A DNA stretch of 62,503 nucleotides, counting the filler. It is 6 parts of 6 records of this genome, joined end to end, with 100 filler letters (N's around TTAATTAATTAA, not from the genome) between each part and the next. Parts side by side here need not be neighbours in the genome. Positions count along the whole stretch, not along the records: positions 38,859 to 49,422 come from SRR31156797_9221; positions 49,523 to 62,503 come from SRR31156797_9222; 4 more parts are not named here. One strand, 5' to 3'. The notes under the pieces are model-generated. The model did no database searches. It saw only the letters and a list, made by a program, of their open reading frames with translations, and had not been told where the DNA came from. Shown here one piece after another: positions 41,957-51,989 of this stretch. Within the stretch, counting starts at the first letter, position 1, and every line of letters starts with the position of its first letter. A program made the position numbers and the translations under genes.

Positions 41957-44737
41957 TTAACCAAGGAATTTTTTCATCAGTTTGTACAGTTCATTAGCCT
42001 TGATTGGTTTCGATAGATATTCATCGCACCCTGCTTCAAAACTGCTTTCCCTGTCGCCAGAAAGTGCAAATGCCGTTTGCACAATTACCGGCAAATTGGG
42101 TTCAAATTTTTTGATATGTTCTGTAGCTTCATAGCCGTTGATTACCGGCATCCGCACGTCCATCAACACCAAATCCACATCATTTCCGCCAAGCACATAA
42201 TCTATGGCTTGTTTGCCATTATAGGCCCGGACTAATCTAACCTTTGTTTTACGCAGCATAACCTCCAGTAATTTGTAGTTGGAGTCTTCATCTTCGGCTA
42301 TCAATATGGTTTTATTGGGGTATTCTAATTCTTTACGCTCTTTTCGTTGATCTGCTTCGGAATAAGGTGTTTCAGTTTTTGATGGAATATATGGAATCAC
42401 AAACCGAAACTCCGATCCCTGGCCAACGGTAGATTCCAGGCGGATATCACCATTCATGAGTCTTGCTATATTTCGTGAAATGGCAAGTCCCAGTCCGGTA
42501 CCTCCGGAGGTGCTCATATAGTTATCGCTGGCCTGGGTAAACCGGTTAAAAATAGTTTCCAATTTGTTCTTTGAAACGCCCTGGCCACTGTCTTTTACAT
42601 AATATACCAGGTGGTTCGTATCTTCTTCTGTCGCCAGGGTATATCCCAGTTCAATTTCTCCTTCAAATGTATATTTAAATGCATTTTCGAGTAAGTTCGA
42701 CAATACCTGGTTTATACGAATCGGATCCGACATAAAAATCAAATTATCATCTTCTTTATACTGCCTGGCCGTAAATTTTATTTGCGACTTATCGAGTTTG
42801 GATTTTTTCTTTTCGAATGCATAGTAATTATCGTACAGAATTTTATTGGCTGAGCATCGGGTGTGTGAAATGGTGAGCTGGCCGGCTTCAATTTTGGCAA
42901 TATCAATGATATTGTCGATGGTATTGAGTAATTTTTTACTGTTTTCGGCAATCAGTGTGAGAAATTCCCCATGTTCTTCCCTGGAGTATTCTTCGTTTCT
43001 AAGCATATCTGTAAATCCGATGATGGCATTCATGGGTGTGCGGATTTCATGCGACATGTTTGCAAGGAAGGCCGTTTTCAGTTTGTCTGATTCCTCAGCA
43101 AGGGTTTTGGCTTTTTTCAGCTCATTCTCGATTTTTTTTCGTTGAGAAATTTCTTCAGAAACATATAAATAATGTGTGGTGTTATTTCGTGCATTTCTTA
43201 TTGATGACACCATGGCTGATTCCCAGTATTTTTTTCCTGACTTGTTTTCATTCAGGTATTCGCCTTCCCAGGAACCACGGGAATTGAGGTTGTCCCAAAT
43301 ATTTTGATGATGGTCAGGCTCGTTTCTGTATGGGTCCATAATTGCTGGTGTATTGCCGGTTAACTCATCATCGGTATAGCCGCTTACAAGGGTGGCCTTT
43401 TTGTTGGCGTAAACAACCCTTCCATCCAGGTTGGTAATCATCACCGAAAGCGGGCTTTGATCCATCGCCTGTACCATTTTCCGGGTTTCATCTTCTGCTC
43501 GCTTTTTTAATATCGACACCACTACCTGAACCGACACGAATTCAAGCAAATCGATATCGGTTTCATGGAGTGAAAAGGCGTTTTTGGTGTCCTGCAACGC
43601 GATAATGCCGGCAGGTTTGCCACCAATCAGCAAGGGCACTCCCAACCATACTTCAGGCGGTTCTTCATCAAGGACTATCCTGCCTTGCCGCACCAACTTC
43701 AATATTTCCGGTTTCCTGATCAACAACGATCGGTTTCGCTTGATAACCATTGCGTCAAGCGTTTTTGTCATGGGAATTCTTTTGTAAAATTCACGCTCCT
43801 GCTCTACAACAGGTTGTAAAAATTCACGTTTTTCCCAGTCGAAAAGTTGCAGATATAAGTCGAAATTTTCCAAAACACTCGCTAGTTTATGTTTGGTAAT
43901 TTCAACCATGTGATTCAGATCAGTTGTTGCACCCAGGTCAAGCACGAGGTCTCGCATCAACTCCAGGCGACTTTCGAGGTTTTTTTGAGAATCGATATCC
44001 AGAATTACCCCCTCAAGTATGGCCCCCTGGTCATTTGTTTCGGTTGCCCGGCCTTGTTCCCACACCCATTTTATGCGTCCTGAAGCGGTTCTGATACGAT
44101 ACTCGAGTTGGAATGACTGGTGATTTTTTAATGCTTTTTGTATGGTAAGCCAAACCTTTTCCCTGTCCTGTGGAATAATGATGTCAGAATAGGTGATCTC
44201 TTTGTTTTTTATAAATGCCCTGGCCGAATATCCGGTAATCTTTTCTGTTTTTCGGCTCATGTATAACATGGTCCAGTCCGAATCATTTTTACACTGGTAA
44301 GTTATGCCCGGCAAGTTGTTTACAAGGGTTTTGTATTTTTTTTCGGTGTAGCTGAGTTCCTGCTCAAGGGTGATGTTGAGGGTTAATTCATCAACAATTT
44401 TTGAGGCCATATGAAAACCATCTCTTGCATAAAGTACCATATCAAATAATGAATACCATTTATTTGCTTCGCCAACAGAATCACCTTGATCGACCAGTAA
44501 AACCGGAAGCATATCTGCGGGCTTTTCGCCTAAAATTTTAAGCAAATTGTTTTCCGGAACCTGCGGGTTTGCGATCAGGGGAAACAGGATGAATCTATCC
44601 TCGTTGTTAAAGATAAATCCGGGATTTATTTTTTTTTCGGGTTTAATAACCTTGAATTCATGAAAGAATTTTGAAGATAGTTTTTTGATTTCTTCAAAAT
44701 TTTTATCGGTTAAAAAACAAATGAATATGCCCTTCAT
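41957..44737 (-). CDS. PAS-GAF-PAS hybrid histidine kinase with receiver domain
   Basis: FLANMSHEIRTPMN, NLLENAFK, GGTGLGL and a C-terminal REC. PAS motifs EYRIRT...WVWE. Confidence 0.92.
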   Translation of the reverse strand: MKGIFICFLTDKNFEEIKKLSSKFFHEFKVIKPEKKINPGFIFNNEDRFILFPLIANPQVPENNLLKILGEKPADMLPVLLVDQGDSVGEANKWYSLFDMVLYARDGFHMASKIVDELTLNITLEQELSYTEKKYKTLVNNLPGITYQCKNDSDWTMLYMSRKTEKITGYSARAFIKNKEITYSDIIIPQDREKVWLTIQKALKNHQSFQLEYRIRTASGRIKWVWEQGRATETNDQGAILEGVILDIDSQKNLESRLELMRDLVLDLGATTDLNHMVEITKHKLASVLENFDLYLQLFDWEKREFLQPVVEQEREFYKRIPMTKTLDAMVIKRNRSLLIRKPEILKLVRQGRIVLDEEPPEVWLGVPLLIGGKPAGIIALQDTKNAFSLHETDIDLLEFVSVQVVVSILKKRAEDETRKMVQAMDQSPLSVMITNLDGRVVYANKKATLVSGYTDDELTGNTPAIMDPYRNEPDHHQNIWDNLNSRGSWEGEYLNENKSGKKYWESAMVSSIRNARNNTTHYLYVSEEISQRKKIENELKKAKTLAEESDKLKTAFLANMSHEIRTPMNAIIGFTDMLRNEEYSREEHGEFLTLIAENSKKLLNTIDNIIDIAKIEAGQLTISHTRCSANKILYDNYYAFEKKKSKLDKSQIKFTARQYKEDDNLIFMSDPIRINQVLSNLLENAFKYTFEGEIELGYTLATEEDTNHLVYYVKDSGQGVSKNKLETIFNRFTQASDNYMSTSGGTGLGLAISRNIARLMNGDIRLESTVGQGSEFRFVIPYIPSKTETPYSEADQRKERKELEYPNKTILIAEDEDSNYKLLEVMLRKTKVRLVRAYNGKQAIDYVLGGNDVDLVLMDVRMPVINGYEATEHIKKFEPNLPVIVQTAFALSGDRESSFEAGCDEYLSKPIKANELYKLMKKFLG

Positions 44738-44907
44738 GTTTTGATATTAAACCGCCTGTAAACAAGTTGATTCCTCTTCTTTTAACAAACTCAGCGTTTG
44801 ATAATGGTACTTTGGATGATGGATTGAGCCTGAAAAAAATCTTGACACCCAACACAAAACCTTCATCAAAAATAAGGAAAAAAAATTCAATTTCATATTT
44901 TTGGGGG

Positions 44908-45405
44908 ATGAAACGACAAATTCAACAGGTACTTGATGTACTCACCAATCTTGGAATTGCATACGAAATGCACGAACACCCTCCGCTTCCTACTATCGAA
45001 AAAGCCATGGAATACTGGGGTGATATTGAAGCAGTTCATTGTAAAAACATATTCTTTAGAAATCATAAGGGAAACAAGCATTACCTTGTTATTTTGAAGC
45101 ATACGGCCATACTCGATATCCATGATTTGGAACAGCGGCTGAAACAAGGCAAGCTTACCTTTGCCTCAATCAAAAGATTGCAGCGTTATTTGTGTATCGA
45201 GCCGGGCTCTGTATCACCGTTTGGGTTGATCAACGATACCGAAAATCATGTACATGTTTTTTTTGATAAAAACCTGCTCACGGCAAAAAAAATCAGTTTT
45301 CATCCCAACCTGAATACGGCTTCGGTGGTAGTAGATTTTGATGATTTCATCAAATACATGGACTGGACGGGAAATGCATATGAATTCCTAAAACTTTACG
45401 ATTAA
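44908..45405 (+). CDS. ProX/PrdX (YbaK family) aminoacyl-tRNA deacylase
   Basis: HEHPP, HCKNIF, PGSVSPFGLIND and FHPN. Confidence 0.88.
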   Translation: MKRQIQQVLDVLTNLGIAYEMHEHPPLPTIEKAMEYWGDIEAVHCKNIFFRNHKGNKHYLVILKHTAILDIHDLEQRLKQGKLTFASIKRLQRYLCIEPGSVSPFGLINDTENHVHVFFDKNLLTAKKISFHPNLNTASVVVDFDDFIKYMDWTGNAYEFLKLYD

Positions 45406-45575
45406 TACAGCAGACTGTATTTTGTTTTTGATGTCCAGTTTTTTTGCGTTTTAAATGTAGATTGGGGAATCAACGCTTTACTCCCGGTAATATAAACTTA
45501 ACATAAAATTAATGTTTTGGAAATATGATCGGAAGGTCCCGGTCGTAACTTTACCGTTTTAAATAAATTTTTGAA

Positions 45576-45797
45576 ATGGAAACTCAAACCCGTGAAATTA
45601 CTCGTATCCAGCTCAATACACGATATTTAAAAATCATCACGGCATATCTCGAAAAAAACCGGTACTCCTTTACGGTAAGTGATTCCGGGATTAGCGATAA
45701 GCACTTGATACAGATAGACAACCTGAGCCCTGAGGATGCATTTTATCTTGGGGTGAATACCCAGGTTCAGCTTGTGGATGGCGAAATTTTAATCTGA
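45576..45797 (+). CDS. Hypothetical protein
   Basis: 73-aa ATG-started ORF filling an intergenic gap. Confidence 0.55.
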   Translation: METQTREITRIQLNTRYLKIITAYLEKNRYSFTVSDSGISDKHLIQIDNLSPEDAFYLGVNTQVQLVDGEILI

Positions 45798-45888
45798 CCG
45801 GTCAAGTTGTTTTTTCAATCGCTGATTATAAGTATGTGCCATCATATCATTTTGAATTATATTTATTGCCTGAAGGATTTAAAATGCG

Positions 45889-46947
45889 ATGACCAACACA
45901 TACAAAAAACTGATCATTTATTATTTTTCGGGCACGGGTAATGCCAGGCACACTGCCCGCTGGATAGCTGATGAAGCTTCAAAAAGTGAAATTGAGGCAC
46001 ATATTGAAAACATCGAAGAGCTACAGCAAATCGAAACGCCGGATCCAAACAGTGACTTTTTGATCGGGTTTTGTGGACCGACCCATGGTTTCAATTTCCC
46101 TCCTGTACTGCTCAATTTTCTTTGGAAATTTCCGAAAGGTGATGGTACTGATGTTTTTATCGTCAATACCCGTGCAGGTATGAAATTGGGGAAGCTTTTT
46201 CTTCCAGGGCTGGGAGGAATGGCACAGTATTTTGCCGCAATTACCCTTTGGTTGAAAGGCTATCGCATTGTTGGTATGCAGCCTATGGATTTACCTTCCA
46301 ACTGGATATCAATTCATCCGGGGCTTCGTGAAAAGGTTGTTCGATCAATCTTTGAAAGATGTGAAAAAATAGCAAGAAATTTTGCGTGTAACATCATCTC
46401 TGGCAGGAAGGTTTACAAAGCACTGCTGTCGTTGCCATTCGATGCGATATTATTTCCAATAGCCGTACTTTATTATATCATTGGAAGATTCGCCATAGCC
46501 AAAACATTTATCGCAACTTCTGATTGCACCAGGTGTGGCTTATGTAAAAAGCAATGTCCGGTGAAAGCCATAAAAATGATCAGGAACCGGCCATACTGGA
46601 CGTTTCGTTGCGAAAGCTGTATGCGTTGCATCAATTCCTGTCCCGAAAGGGCCATTCAAACTACACATACTTTTACGATTATCATTTGGTGGCTCATCAT
46701 GTCTTTTGCCCTGCCATGGGTAGTTTCAAAATTCTACGGTTTTGAATATTTTGGTAAAAATGCTCTTCAGGCCCTCCCGGGATTCATCACTGATTTGTTA
46801 TCGTGGTTCGTTGGCCTGATGCTGATATTCATTGCCTATAAAGCCACCCATTATCTGTTAAAGTTTCGATTATTTGATAACCTGATTGCTTATACGTCGT
46901 TTACAAAATATTTATTCTGGAGGCGGTATAAACCCAACACGAAATAA
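45889..46947 (+). CDS. Flavodoxin-like plus 4Fe-4S ferredoxin protein (EFR1 family) with C-terminal TM helices
   Basis: YFSGTGN, CTRCGLCKKQCP and CESCMRCINSCP. Confidence 0.88.
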   Translation: MTNTYKKLIIYYFSGTGNARHTARWIADEASKSEIEAHIENIEELQQIETPDPNSDFLIGFCGPTHGFNFPPVLLNFLWKFPKGDGTDVFIVNTRAGMKLGKLFLPGLGGMAQYFAAITLWLKGYRIVGMQPMDLPSNWISIHPGLREKVVRSIFERCEKIARNFACNIISGRKVYKALLSLPFDAILFPIAVLYYIIGRFAIAKTFIATSDCTRCGLCKKQCPVKAIKMIRNRPYWTFRCESCMRCINSCPERAIQTTHTFTIIIWWLIMSFALPWVVSKFYGFEYFGKNALQALPGFITDLLSWFVGLMLIFIAYKATHYLLKFRLFDNLIAYTSFTKYLFWRRYKPNTK

Positions 46948-46977
46948 TTTTAAAAATGATTTAGAGTGTACCTGCCC

Positions 46978-48312
46978 CTAATTTACCACTTTTGCGATTT
47001 TTGATTTCACAGGAATATTAACCGATTCCAGTCCCGGAGTTTGTCCGCGCATATCAAATTCGAGTTTTACCTCCGGCCTGAAAAACAGGCAGTGTGTTGA
47101 TCCGCCAAAATGAAACATACCCAGCTCATCACCTTTGTCAACATGTTGACCTTCATAAACCGTAAATTCACATGTTGAAACTTCGGCCATGCCAACAAAC
47201 ATCACAGCCATCAACCCGATGTCGGGATTATCGGCTTCAATAAATACGAGTCCGCGTGCAGCAACTTCGGTGATGTAAGCCTGGGATTCGTTGGGCCCTG
47301 AGGGGTCATAGCCTTCTGAATACGCTTCAGCATAGTATGAGCCGTCCATCAATTTTGTTTTGACAATTTTGCCGCTTACCGGGCTGTGCCAGCGGTGGTA
47401 GCTGAGGGCGCTCAAAAACGCCTGGTATATCGTTCCACCTTCAAACTGATGCACCAGCGGATCGCCGTCCATCATGTGGTAGAGTGAATATGGCTGGGCC
47501 TTGATCCAGAATTCGTTAAAAAGTTCAACATCCCTGGCTATGCGATAAGGCGCAGATTCGCAGGCATTCGCGATTACCGAATTGTCGAGGGGTGATACAA
47601 CCGGCCTTTTGCCCTCACGAAATTGACGGGTAAAAAAGTTATCCCACGAGGTAAATCCATGATATGGTTTTGAGGGATCACAGATAAAATCATCAACAAA
47701 AGTAGGCATGGCTGCCTGGGCATTTTCACCAAACCAGCCACTGTGTGGATCATCGTTGAGTACATATCTCGAATCACTGGATCCCAGAAATACTGCCCAT
47801 TTGTTCAGGATTTTTTTCAACTGGGCATTCACTTTGTTGTTGAGAAAAGCGGATGTTCCGGCCCGGGTACCCATGGGCCAGTCGAGGATGGCGTTTATGG
47901 GAAACCCTACCAGGCCCGTTTTATTAAACTCTGGGGCTTTGGTCATCACATGATTGATCAGTTGTAGCATATGGTTAAAATCTCTAACCTGTAGTTTGCC
48001 TGCCGGCGTATTTTTGAACTTCGCAGATTCCGGGACCTGCTCAAACATTTGGTTAAAATACATATAGAGTTCAGGATCCCGCTCAATCATTTCTTTGAGT
48101 TCCGCAACTTCGGGTAATAATTCAGCATCACTTTGATCGACCTGTGTAATGAGTTCCTGCATCCATGCATCCAATACGGCCTGATCGCTTGGCAACCATT
48201 CACCAACCCTGTATGGTACGGGACCTTCGGTAGTTTGTGCAACGGTAGGATTGCATAAAAATGATAATGGAAGAATTGCTGCAATTGCAAAAATCAGTTT
48301 TACATTTTTCAT
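46978..48312 (-). CDS. Phosphatidylserine decarboxylase-like pyruvoyl enzyme with signal peptide
   Basis: FTSWDNFFTR, YHRWHSP and GMFHFGGSTH (self-cleavage motif), with an N-terminal helical extension containing GFPINAILDWPM. Confidence 0.85.
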   Translation of the reverse strand: MKNVKLIFAIAAILPLSFLCNPTVAQTTEGPVPYRVGEWLPSDQAVLDAWMQELITQVDQSDAELLPEVAELKEMIERDPELYMYFNQMFEQVPESAKFKNTPAGKLQVRDFNHMLQLINHVMTKAPEFNKTGLVGFPINAILDWPMGTRAGTSAFLNNKVNAQLKKILNKWAVFLGSSDSRYVLNDDPHSGWFGENAQAAMPTFVDDFICDPSKPYHGFTSWDNFFTRQFREGKRPVVSPLDNSVIANACESAPYRIARDVELFNEFWIKAQPYSLYHMMDGDPLVHQFEGGTIYQAFLSALSYHRWHSPVSGKIVKTKLMDGSYYAEAYSEGYDPSGPNESQAYITEVAARGLVFIEADNPDIGLMAVMFVGMAEVSTCEFTVYEGQHVDKGDELGMFHFGGSTHCLFFRPEVKLEFDMRGQTPGLESVNIPVKSKIAKVVN

Positions 48313-48627
48313 AGCATAACTTTTTTTGGTTGCCGTAAAGGTAAATCCATTTGCTCTGAAATCCTAAAATTTGATGGAATCAACAAAGGCAAAATGTGCA
48401 TTCAGGTGATGTGTCTGCTTGTTTTAAATACCAAAAACATTGAAGCTATTCCAACTGATTTTCTTAAATCTGATCAAAATTGCTGGAGGACTGAAACATT
48501 TTTTAACCTTTTGTAATCCCGCTGTTGCTGTGGCTTTCGTAGTTTTGTGAAATGCTGAAAATAAACAAAATTAATTTCTAGCATAATAGTTGGACTTATC
48601 CATCTGAAAACTAAAAATTAGAGACAT

Positions 48628-49422
48628 ATGAGACTGATCAAATGGATTTTGGGGGTTTTTCTGCTCATCGGTTTAACCTGGACATCAACAGCAAAGAAAC
48701 CAGTTATGGAAAATGATTATGACAAATTATGGGAAAAAGCCGATTCGTTGAAAGATATTCGCCAACCGGCCGCTGCAATCGAAATTGTGGATGAAATATA
48801 CAGCCTGGCGAAAAAGGATAATAACGTTCCGGTCATTATCCGTGCACAGCTTTACCGTTTGAAGCTTTCGTCAGAATTTGAGCAGGACTATTTGCTAAAG
48901 GCGGTTACCAAAATACGGGATGACATTAAAAAATCAGCAACCCCCGAACGGCAATTGCTGCATTCGGTTTTGGGTGAGCTGTATGTTAAATATTACCAGT
49001 TTAACCGGTATAAGATCTTAAACCGGACTGCTACAGTCGGGTTGGAAACTGAAGACATTGAGGTGTGGGACGTGAACAGGATTATGCAGGAAGCCGCAAA
49101 GCATTTTCAGCTTTCGCTGGAGGAGCCCGGTGATTTGAAAAAATTGAACATCGAAACCTTCAGGACGATCCTGGAAAACACGGAAGGGGAAGGAGCATTG
49201 CGGCCCACACTGTTCGATTTCCTGGCATGGAGAGCAGTTGATTTTTACCTGAATGAGGAGACTAACCATAGTGTTCGTGCCACCAGTTTTATCCCGGCGG
49301 ATGGCAAATATTTCGAGCCTGCCGATAAGTTCATCAAAATTGATCTGGCGGCAGACTTCCAAAATTCTCATCCGCGCAGCGCAATGGAAATCCTGCAGTC
49401 ATTGCTTCAATTTCATTTGAAT
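48628..49422 (+). CDS. Alpha-2-macroglobulin-like secreted protein, N-terminus (3' truncated)
   Basis: Signal peptide, YDKLWEKADSL and RPTLFDFLAWRA resemble Bacteroidota A2M N-termini. No thioester region is visible. Confidence 0.6.
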
Positions 49423-49522
49423 NNNNNNNNNNNNNNNNNNNNNNNNNNNNNNNNNNNNNNNNNNNNTTAATTAATTAANNNNNNNNNNNNNNNNNNNNNN
49501 NNNNNNNNNNNNNNNNNNNNNN
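49423..49522. other. Artificial contig spacer
   Basis: N-run with TTAATTAATTAA linker. Confidence 0.99.
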
Positions 49523-49564
49523 TTGACCCTGCGGCTCAAATATTTCTCAACTCAAACGTTGTAC
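49523..49564 (+). repeat. 3' half of an attC-like integron recombination site
   Basis: ...TATTTCTCAACTCAAAC-GTTGTAC parallels ...GTATCTCACTTCAACC-GTTATAT at 60493-60515. The GTT core at 49558 is followed by an RBS and an ORF. Confidence 0.65.
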
Positions 49565-49578
49565 CCTAAAGGAAAAAA

Positions 49579-50395
49579 TTGCAAAAATGTAATGTAGAAT
49601 GTTATGATAAATGTCAAAAAAATGTTTATACTGATGACCAATGTATTTTACACTGCAAAAAAAATAATTATCAAAAAGATAGACATTCTGGTTTGCTATC
49701 TAGTTTTTATGATGAATTTTTAAATTATACAATAGAACAAATATTTGAACATACGGAGTTATTAAATAATGAATTAAGTAAAGAAGATCTCAGAACTTAT
49801 TTTATAAGTAATCAATTTAATAATGTAGAATATAATAAAGTTTTAAATAAAACAATTTTTATACCTAGTTGTATCCATTTTCCCACAAGAGATAGTCGAG
49901 ATTATTTTGATTATTTAAAAATACTAAATTTATTTGGACAAATCCACTTTAACTATTGTGAATTTTATCTTTCAAGTTTAAATCTAGATAATGTAGAATG
50001 TTTTTTTCAAGATTGTAAATTTCATGATAGGTGGACACTCTATAATTATGGAGTATTAGAAAATCAAGATGATGTAATATATCAAATGTGTGAGTTTAAC
50101 GGTACAGTATCAAACTATACACCTGAAAAATCAACTGAACTAGCTATTTATAATTTTTCACAGTTTGATTACACTTGTAAGTTTAAAGATTCAATAGAAC
50201 TTGAAAGAGTAAAGTTTTCAAATATGATGTTTAATACCAATCAACATAATTATTTTGACAACAACTTTATTAAACTATTAAAATTTGAACATTGCACCTT
50301 TGAAAAAAAGTTCAAATTAAATAACTATACTATTGATGAATTTATTTGTGAAGATAGCATATTTAGAAATAAATTTGAGTTTAAAGAAAATCAGA
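49579..50395 (+). pseudogene. 5' part of an interrupted pentapeptide-repeat-like membrane protein gene
   Basis: Cys-rich N-terminus (CILHC) and FxxCxF repeats. Joins in frame with 58790-59646 once the insertion and one TCAGA copy are removed. Confidence 0.88.
50391..50395 (+). repeat. Left 5-bp target site duplication (TCAGA)
   Basis: TCAGA lies immediately before TGTGAGG and is repeated at 58785-58789. Confidence 0.92.
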
Positions 50396-50750
50396 TGTGA
50401 GGGGTTGTAAAGAAAGTTACTAGTGGATAATTTGTGCTTTTTTTGTTTGAAAGGCTTTATTTATGGGGTTGGTGCTTTGTTGGTTTTTAAAAGTTGGTGA
50501 TTTTAAAAGAGTGTTACTTTTACAAATTCCCTTTATTATGCAGTATTTGTATCTTTTTAGAAAAAAGCTTTAAAATTTTATGATTTAAAATAGCTTTAAA
50601 GCCCATTATAAAGGCATTTAAAGAAAGAAAAAAGATTAGAAAAAAAGTGAAAAAATACTTGAAATAAATTAGTTATATGTTTTAAGGTTTCGTTCTTTAA
50701 AACTTAAAAACCAATTAAATTACATACACTATTACATAGTAAAACATATA

Positions 50751-51512
50751 TTAATTCTTTAAAAAATCATCTTGTTCTTTTTTTATTTTCCTTAAAGTAA
50801 TTAGGAGATCATCAATAAATTTACTTGGTACATAATCTAACAAATACAAAATTTCTTTATATTCTTCTTTTATTTCATTGTTTATATTTTTTTCATCAGG
50901 AATATAAATTTCTTGTGGAGTATTTCTTTTTTTTAAAACGTCAAGGTATTTTTCTTCACTGATATCATTATATACCTGTATATTTTCACATTCTCTTAGC
51001 TCATCAGTAAAAAAAACGATTATGTGTTGTGAACTCTCATAATTATTGAAAATTACTTTGCGGTGAGTAAAAATAAATCCTAATTGAGAAGGTTTAATTT
51101 TAAATTCATGACATAAAGAAATATAGAATTTTACATCATCTTCTAATAATCCTCTTTTCTCCAATAAAGCTTCTAAATCTTCGTCATACCCGTCTAATTC
51201 AATCATTGTACCATCAACTGTTGCTTTTTGCATAATATCTTTGCTTGTTAAATTATATATGTATTTACATCTTTCTATTGCAACTTGAGCAACTGTCATG
51301 TGTTTAAAATAATTATCATTACAATTTATATTTTCTATATTAAAATATATACTTAAAAATTTAATATACTCTTCAGATGGTGCACGTTCACCTCTTTCAT
51401 AGCTTGCAATTGTCCTTTCTTTAAAACCTGATATAGACTCTAACCCTTTTCTTGAAATTTTATGTTTTTTTCTTATTTCCATTAAAGTTTCATTTATTTT
51501 TTTCATTTTCAT
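50751..51512 (-). CDS. XRE-family HTH repressor (c-position) with long C-terminal region
   Basis: LMEIRKKHKISRKGLESISGFKERTIASYERGERAPS. Divergent from the transposase operon. Confidence 0.8.
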   Translation of the reverse strand: MKMKKINETLMEIRKKHKISRKGLESISGFKERTIASYERGERAPSEEYIKFLSIYFNIENINCNDNYFKHMTVAQVAIERCKYIYNLTSKDIMQKATVDGTMIELDGYDEDLEALLEKRGLLEDDVKFYISLCHEFKIKPSQLGFIFTHRKVIFNNYESSQHIIVFFTDELRECENIQVYNDISEEKYLDVLKKRNTPQEIYIPDEKNINNEIKEEYKEILYLLDYVPSKFIDDLLITLRKIKKEQDDFLKN

Positions 51513-51522
51513 TCCTAAACAC

Positions 51523-51579
51523 TTGACAAACAGACACAGTGTATGATATTATTGCACACAGTGAACATACACAGTGTAT
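51523..51579 (+). promoter_or_regulatory. Early promoter with three operator repeats
   Basis: TTGACA (51523) and TG-n-TATTAT (51544-51552), with ACACAGTG at 51534, 51556 and 51569. Confidence 0.75.
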
Positions 51580-51624
51580 ATTTTTTATGAAATATACAAT
51601 AAGTAAACAAAAAAAAGGATTAAA

Positions 51625-51963
51625 ATGATAGTCGTTAATAATAGTTCTATCGGTACAAGATTAGAAACAATTCGAAAGTTGAGAAACATATCTCAATTAA
51701 AAATGGCGGAAATAGCAGGTGTATCAAGAACAACATATATAAAAATTGAAAAAGATGAAGCTTCTTTATCCATTGAGGGTGTATTAAATATATCTAATGA
51801 ACTTAATATTTCTTTAGAATATTTATTAACTGGTATTGATTTAATTGATAAGAGAAATGACAAACTTACTAAAATTAAACATGATACACAAATTGATAGT
51901 AAAATTGATAATGGCTGTTTAATAACCACAATTTCAGTTCCACTTTTTAAATACTTAGGTTAA
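51625..51963 (+). CDS. XRE-family HTH protein (Cro/Ner position)
   Basis: IGTRLETIRKLRNISQLKMAEIAGVSRTTYIKIEK...ISLEYLLTG. RBS AAGGA. Confidence 0.85.
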   Translation: MIVVNNSSIGTRLETIRKLRNISQLKMAEIAGVSRTTYIKIEKDEASLSIEGVLNISNELNISLEYLLTGIDLIDKRNDKLTKIKHDTQIDSKIDNGCLITTISVPLFKYLG

Positions 51964-51989
51964 AAAGTGGATTTTATTAGGGTATTGTA

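Noticed and set aside
44767-44907. N-terminal extension of the ProX protein
   Set aside because: Upstream TTG read-through. Family similarity starts at the ATG at 44908. Over-extended starts were trimmed likewise for modA, modB, cyclophilin, moaA and udp.
6169-49522. Repeated TTAATTAATTAA within N-runs as a biological repeat
   Set aside because: These are identical 100-nt assembly spacers. Gene content and composition change at each one.
51534-51579. CRISPR array or iterons
   Set aside because: Only three 8-bp units with short uneven spacing over a promoter, and no cas or rep genes. They fit operators better.
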